From Gaiellales bacterium (GTDB taxonomy: Bacteria; Actinomycetota; Thermoleophilia; Gaiellales; JAICJC01), in contig DASQXS010000167.1 in the NCBI GenBank assembly GCA_035639615.1, forward strand, positions 1 to 43,535: DNA of 43,535 nt, read 5' to 3'. Numbering within the stretch: position 1 is the stretch's first letter; the number at the start of each line of letters is the position of its first letter. This document shows, one piece after another, positions 37,170 through 43,535 of the stretch. Both the position numbers and the translations under genes were made by a program. The notes under the pieces were generated by a model. It was not told the DNA's origin. It ran no database searches and worked only from the letters and a program-made list of their open reading frames with translations.

Positions 37170-38140
37170 GGCCTCGTCGACAGCGACACGGCGAAGTTGC
37201 CTCCCGGGTCGGTGTGCCAGCTCGCCAGCTCGAGCCCGGCCCCGGCGAGCTCGGCCTCGACCCCCGACCGGCGGAACTTGGCCGAGATCTCGGTGAGGAT
37301 CTCCTCGCCGGCCGCGAGCTCCACCCGCATGCCGAGACCGGCGACCGTCACGGTCTGGGCGATGCGCGTGCGGACGCGGATGTCGACCAGCTCCCGCTCG
37401 GCGTCCCATCGCGGCACGTGCTCGAACTCGGCCACGGCGAAGTTCGCGCCGAGCCGCTCGTTCACCACCGCGAGGACGTTTCGCGAGAACGCGGCCGTCA
37501 CGCCGAGAGCGTCGTCATAGGCGGGCAGGATGCGCTCGGGCGCCTTGACGAGATCCGTCCCGAGGAGCAGCGAGTCGCCCGGCTCGAGCGCTCGCGCGAC
37601 CGCGGCGAGGAAGCGCGCCCGGGCGTCCGGCTCGAGGTTCCCGATCGTGCTCCCCAGGAACGCGACGAGCCGCCCGCCTCCGGGCGGAAGCGAGTCGAGG
37701 TGACGCTCGAAGTCGGCCACGACCGCGTGGACTGCCACTCCGGGATAGGCGGCCGCGATTGCCGCCGCCGCGCCCCGCAGGGTGCCCTCGTCGACGTCGA
37801 ACGGGACGAACTGCTGGAGGAGCCCCTCGCCCCCCATCGCGTCGAGCAGGAGGCGGGTCTTCTCGCTCGTCCCGGATCCGAGCTCGATGAGCGTGGTCGC
37901 GCCCGCCGCGCGGGCGATGGCCGGGGCGTGGTCGACCAGGATGCTCCGCTCGCACCGCGTCAGGTAGTACTCCGGCAGCCGCGTGATCGCCGAGAAGAGT
38001 GCCGAGCCGCGCTCGTCGTAGTGCCATTTCGGCGAGAGCCGCTTCGGCGTCGAGGCGAGGCCGGTGCGGACGTCCTCGCGCAACGCCCGCTCGAGGTCGC
38101 CGGGCCCGAGTCGGACGTCGATCGTGTAGGCGTTCGGCAC
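37166..38140 (-). CDS. egtD: L-histidine N-alpha-methyltransferase (EgtD-type SAM methyltransferase)
   Basis: Near-collinear with EgtD as I recall it: LSPKWHYDERGSALFSAITRLPEYYLTRCE, LIELGSGTSEKTRLLLDAM, FVPFDVD, VAFLGSTIGNL, SLLLGTDLVK, AYDDALGVTAAFSRNVLAVVN, EEILTEISAKF. The start is uncertain: GTG 38140 is chosen, and TTG 38173 lies inside a palindrome. Confidence 0.85.
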   Translation of the reverse strand: MPNAYTIDVRLGPGDLERALREDVRTGLASTPKRLSPKWHYDERGSALFSAITRLPEYYLTRCERSILVDHAPAIARAAGATTLIELGSGTSEKTRLLLDAMGGEGLLQQFVPFDVDEGTLRGAAAAIAAAYPGVAVHAVVADFERHLDSLPPGGGRLVAFLGSTIGNLEPDARARFLAAVARALEPGDSLLLGTDLVKAPERILPAYDDALGVTAAFSRNVLAVVNERLGANFAVAEFEHVPRWDAERELVDIRVRTRIAQTVTVAGLGMRVELAAGEEILTEISAKFRRSGVEAELAGAGLELASWHTDPGGNFAVSLSTRP

Positions 38141-38158
38141 GGGGGTGCGCAACTGGGA

Positions 38159-38187
38159 GGTCAGGCACCGCAATTGCGTGCCTGACC
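38159..38187 (-). terminator. Perfect 10-bp hairpin downstream of pnp (possible terminator or processing site)
   Basis: GGTCAGGCAC-CGCAATTGC-GTGCCTGACC, 15 nt after the pnp TAA. No U-tract. It is part of repeat copy B. Confidence 0.45.
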
Positions 38188-38201
38188 CCGCAATTGCGTG
38201 C
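38168..38201. repeat. Tandem direct repeat CCGCAATTGCGTGC x2 (period 20), each holding the palindrome CGCAATTGCG; part of repeat copy B
   Basis: The units lie at 38168-38181 and 38188-38201, with palindromes at 38169-38178 and 38189-38198. Read directly from the sequence. Confidence 0.6.
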
Positions 38202-40667
<2,466 letters not shown>

Positions 40668-40694
40668 GTCTCTCTCTTCTCTCCTCCGGCCCGC

Positions 40695-40964
40695 CTACCG
40701 GCGCAGGCCCAACTCCTTGATGAGTGCCCGGTAGCCCTCCAGGTCATGCTTCTGCAGGTACGTCAGAAGCCGCCGCCGGCGGCCGACCAGCTTGAGCAGG
40801 CCGCGACGGGAATGGTGGTCGTGCTTGTGCACCTTCAGGTGCTCGGTGAGCTCGCTGATCCGCTGGGTCAGAAGGGCGACCTGGACCTTCGTCGATCCGG
40901 TGTCCTTCTCGTTCGAGCCGAACTTCTGGATCAGCTCGCTCTTCTGCTCCTGGGTGAGCGGCAT
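40695..40964 (-). CDS. rpsO: 30S ribosomal protein S15
   Basis: 89 aa: [79 protein letters not shown] lies 7 nt upstream. Confidence 0.95.
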   Translation of the reverse strand: MPLTQEQKSELIQKFGSNEKDTGSTKVQVALLTQRISELTEHLKVHKHDHHSRRGLLKLVGRRRRLLTYLQKHDLEGYRALIKELGLRR

Positions 40965-41099
40965 GCGCTCATCCTCCTTGCCTCGAATGGTCGAGTCGCC
41001 GACATCCCAGACTGCGCGGGCAAGACGCGCCTGTCCGCGGTGCGGCCGGTAGGCAGGGTAGCAGGGACACCGGCTGGGGCCGGCGCGCGCATCCGGGGC

Positions 41100-41624
41100 T
41101 CAACCCTCCAGCACGAACATGCCGACCGGATGGCCCTCGTGGACGACGTCGCGCTCGTACACCATGCCGATCCGTCGGGCGACCGCCTGGGAGGCGAAGT
41201 TGGTGTGGTCGATGAGCGACACGAGCCGGCCCAGGCCCAGCTCGTCGCGGGCGTGATCACGGACGGCGGCGGCAGCCTCGGTCGCGTACCCGCGGCCCCA
41301 CCACGGCCGGCCGAGCAGGTAGGCGATCTCGTGCTCGGGGCCGTGGATCAGCTCCTGGCGGATGATCCCGCACCGGCCGATGAGCGTGTTCTGCTCCCGG
41401 AGCGCGATCCCCCACATGCCGAACGGCTGCGACTCGTACTCCTCGATCATCCATCCCAGCCGCGTCGCGGCGTCCTCGCGCGTGCGCGGGCCGCCCAGGA
41501 AGCGCATGACCTCGGGGTCGGCGTACATCTCCGCGAGCGCGTCGAGATCGTCGTCGCGGAAGCGGCGGATCGTCAGGCGGTCCGTCACGAGGACCGCGTC
41601 GGTTGCGGAGCCTCGGTCGCGCAT
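41100..41624 (-). CDS. GNAT-family N-acetyltransferase (RimJ/RimL-like, Acetyltransf_3)
   Basis: ATG at 41624. [29 protein letters not shown]... and [24 protein letters not shown]. 174 aa. The N-terminal extension of track ORF 41100..41933 is Arg/Pro artefact. Confidence 0.8.
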   Translation of the reverse strand: MRDRGSATDAVLVTDRLTIRRFRDDDLDALAEMYADPEVMRFLGGPRTREDAATRLGWMIEEYESQPFGMWGIALREQNTLIGRCGIIRQELIHGPEHEIAYLLGRPWWGRGYATEAAAAVRDHARDELGLGRLVSLIDHTNFASQAVARRIGMVYERDVVHEGHPVGMFVLEG

Positions 41625-41643
41625 GCTCCGATACGCTAGATCA

Positions 41644-41669
41644 CACGGGGGGAGCAGGCTCCCCCCGTG
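41644..41669. repeat. Perfect 11-bp G/C hairpin (inverted repeat) in a divergent intergenic region
   Basis: CACGGGGGGAG-CAGG-CTCCCCCCGTG. It starts 6 nt after a plus-strand TACGCT box (41632-41637). Confidence 0.6.
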
Positions 41670-41700
41670 GGCCCCCCACATCACCATGGGACGTTCGTGC

Positions 41701-41726
41701 GAGGAGGGGAGCCGAGCTCCCTCCTC
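41701..41726. repeat. Second strong hairpin (11 bp with one bulge) in the same intergenic region
   Basis: GAGGAGGGGAGC-CGA-GCTCCCTCCTC. A third 6-bp hairpin, CCGACG-ATGC-CGTCGG, lies at 41759-41774. Confidence 0.55.
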
Positions 41727-41787
41727 AGGCGCTCGAGCCGGATCGCCTCTGGTACGCGCCGACGATGCCGTCGGATACGCTTGCGCC

Positions 41788-42735
41788 GTGAGCACCGCTG
41801 TCGTGACAGGTGGGGCGGGATTCCTCGGGTCCCACCTGTGCGAGTTCCTGCTCGAGCGGGACTGGCGCGTCATCTGCATGGACAACCTGGACACCGGCAG
41901 CCTCGAGAACATCGAGGGGCTGCGCGGCGACACGTTCGACTTCCGCTACCACAACTGCGTCGAGTTCATCGCGGTCGAGGAGACGGTCGACGCAGTGTTC
42001 CACCTCGCCTCGCCGGCGAGCCCGGTCGACTACCTGCGCCTGCCCCTCGCGACGCTGCAGGTGGGCTCGTACGGCACGCACAACGCGCTTGGCCTGGCCA
42101 AGTTCAAGCGGGCGCGCTTCCTGCTTGCGTCGACGTCCGAGGTCTACGGCGATCCCGAGGTGCATCCGCAGCGGGAGGAGTACTGGGGGAACGTGAACCC
42201 GGTCGGCCCGCGCGGGGTTTACGACGAGGCCAAGCGCTACGCCGAGGCGATGACGATGGCCTACCACCGCCAGCAGGGCGTGGACACCCACATCGCCCGC
42301 ATCTTCAACACCTACGGGCCGCGGATGCGCCAGCACGACGGCCGGGCGATCCCCACGTTCCTGCGCCAGGCGCGGGAGGGGAAGCCGCTCACCGTCTTTG
42401 GCGACGGGTCGCAGACACGCTCGTTCTGCTACGTCGACGACCAGATCGAGGGCCTGTTCCGGCTGGCGATGAGCGACGAGCACCTGCCGGTCAACATCGG
42501 GAACCCGGGCGAGATGACGGTGCTCGAGCTGGCCGAGCGGATCCGCGCGATCACCGGGACCGGTTCCGAGATCGTCTTCGAGGGCCTTCCGACCGACGAT
42601 CCCAAGGTGCGCCAGCCGGACATCACCCGGGCCCGCGAGATCCTCGGCTGGGAGCCGAAGGTGTCGCTCGACGACGGGCTGCGGCGAACGCTGGAGAGCT
42701 TCGGCTTCACGCCGCCTCGGCCGGTCGCCGCGTGA
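41788..42735 (+). CDS. uxs: UDP-glucuronate decarboxylase (UDP-xylose synthase, extended SDR)
   Basis: [24 protein letters not shown] and YDEAKRYAE (YxxxK), plus [11 protein letters not shown]. The GTG at 41788 is preceded by TACGCT-N6. An in-frame ATG at 41686 would add 34 non-homologous residues. Confidence 0.85.
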   Translation: MSTAVVTGGAGFLGSHLCEFLLERDWRVICMDNLDTGSLENIEGLRGDTFDFRYHNCVEFIAVEETVDAVFHLASPASPVDYLRLPLATLQVGSYGTHNALGLAKFKRARFLLASTSEVYGDPEVHPQREEYWGNVNPVGPRGVYDEAKRYAEAMTMAYHRQQGVDTHIARIFNTYGPRMRQHDGRAIPTFLRQAREGKPLTVFGDGSQTRSFCYVDDQIEGLFRLAMSDEHLPVNIGNPGEMTVLELAERIRAITGTGSEIVFEGLPTDDPKVRQPDITRAREILGWEPKVSLDDGLRRTLESFGFTPPRPVAA

Positions 42736-42740
42736 CGTGA

Positions 42741-43535
42741 TCAGGCGGCGAGCGTCGCCGGAATCGGGTCGCGCGGCGCTGCGCCGAGCGCGGTGACTGG
42801 CGCGGGCTCCGCCGCCGGGCGCACCTCGCGCCGGAGATCTGCAAACGAGAGGCCCTCGTAGGCGAGGAAGAGGCCGCCGACCGCGAGGCTGAGCACGGCC
42901 TCGACGCCCTGGAGAGCGAGCCCGAAGGCGGCCGCCGCCTCCGCGTGGACTCCGAACGGCGCCAGCGCGGCGACGACCGCGGCGGAGAAGACGCCCACGT
43001 TCCCCGGGACCAGCGGGACCGCGCCGACGAGCGTCGATGCGACGAACACCGCACACGCTGCCGCGACCGAGTGCGGAAGCGAGAAGGCCTGGAGCGTCAG
43101 CATGATGCCGGCGAGCTGAAACGCCCACGACACGGCGCCCAGGCCGAGGGCGGCGAGGCCGCGGTCCGGGCCGGCGAAGGCGGCCCGCGCGTGTCGAAGC
43201 GTCTCCGCCGCCGCTGGCCCGAGCGGGCCCGGGATCCGGGCCGCCAGGCGCTCGAGGCGAGCCGCGAGCACCCAGGCGGCGATCACGCATGTCGAGAGGG
43301 CAGCCAGCGTGGCGGCCGCCCATGCCGGCACCGCCGCGGTCGCGAGCGCGCTCGCGCCTGCCACCACGACGAGGGCCGCCACGAGTACGACCTGCTCGGC
43401 TGCGAGCGACCCGGCGAGCGCGGTGGCGCCCACCTCGAGGCCGCGGCGACGGGTCGTCCGCCCGACCACGGCGAGCTTCGCGACCTCGCCCAGCCGGGCC
43501 GGGAGGGCGGTGTTGAAGAGGAAGCCGATGAAGAC
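42741..43535 (-). CDS. Flippase-like / lysylphosphatidylglycerol-synthase TM-domain family membrane protein (UPF0104), 5-prime truncated by the window edge
   Basis: The frame is open to the window end (VFIGFLFNTALPARLGEVAKLAVVGR..., where LPxRxGE is the family hallmark). Multiple hydrophobic helices follow. The M listed at 43469 is an internal GTG. Confidence 0.7.
   Translation of the reverse strand, partial: VFIGFLFNTALPARLGEVAKLAVVGRTTRRRGLEVGATALAGSLAAEQVVLVAALVVVAGASALATAAVPAWAAATLAALSTCVIAAWVLAARLERLAARIPGPLGPAAAETLRHARAAFAGPDRGLAALGLGAVSWAFQLAGIMLTLQAFSLPHSVAAACAVFVASTLVGAVPLVPGNVGVFSAAVVAALAPFGVHAEAAAAFGLALQGVEAVLSLAVGGLFLAYEGLSFADLRREVRPAAEPAPVTALGAAPRDPIPATLAA

Noticed and set aside
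38168-38201. Direct repeats with 20-nt periodicity as a CRISPR array
   Set aside because: There are only two 14-nt units, no cas genes are present, and the repeat is far shorter than CRISPR repeats. It is a local tandem duplication within a terminator-like element.
41686-41787. In-frame ATG at 41686 as the uxs start
   Set aside because: It would add 34 residues with no homology to UXS/SDR N-termini and would translate through two strong hairpins. The GTG at 41788 lies 6 codons before the [12 protein letters not shown] motif and has a TACGCT-N6 box.

Overview
This is a high-GC chromosomal segment (by eye over 70% G+C, with real genes near 90% G/C at codon position 3). It looks like a Gram-positive, Actinomycetota-like organism, possibly a deep-branching lineage such as Thermoleophilia; that lineage call is inference only. 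I count about 45 genes, mostly on the minus strand and mostly housekeeping. They cover peptidoglycan amidation (murT-gatD), the aminotransferase branch of DAP/lysine synthesis (dapL, dapF-like, dapA, dapB), tRNA modification (miaA, miaB) and RNA turnover (rny, rnj, pnp, rpsO). They also include hflX, dut, ftsK and the SOS/recombination block cinA-recA-recX. The order miaB-miaA-dapF-hflX and pnp-pepR...dapB...dapA-rnj...ftsK resembles mycobacteria, whereas cinA-recA-recX-rny resembles Firmicutes. Small accessory islands interrupt this backbone. One holds SRPBCC, GNAT, a frameshifted macro domain, a second GNAT, an acidic protein, a two-component system and a secreted protein. Others hold a lipoprotein with a DUF4269-like membrane fusion and a flavoprotein; a secreted beta-propeller with a serine hydrolase; a MOSC protein with a PLP decarboxylase; an orphan egtD; and a GNAT with uxs and a flippase-like membrane protein. 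The points most worth a second look: (1) recA is split by a 361-aa LAGLIDADG intein. (2) The dapF homolog has Ser at both catalytic Cys positions. (3) The macro-domain gene carries a 1-nt frameshift. (4) A response regulator, kinase, acidic protein and GNAT form a four-gene operon with overlapping junctions. (5) A standalone egtD sits between pnp and pepR and is flanked by related hairpin repeats. (6) (T/G)ANNNT boxes recur 6-7 nt upstream of start codons, suggesting leaderless mRNAs. (7) AACGTT-core palindromes occur only in promoter regions. (8) Several structured intergenic regions remain unexplained. No rRNA, tRNA, CRISPR array, transposase or recognisable defence system was seen. All family assignments rest on motifs recalled from memory; no searches were run. 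The many long Arg/Pro/Ala/Gly-rich ORFs in the six-frame track are high-GC antisense or off-frame artefacts.
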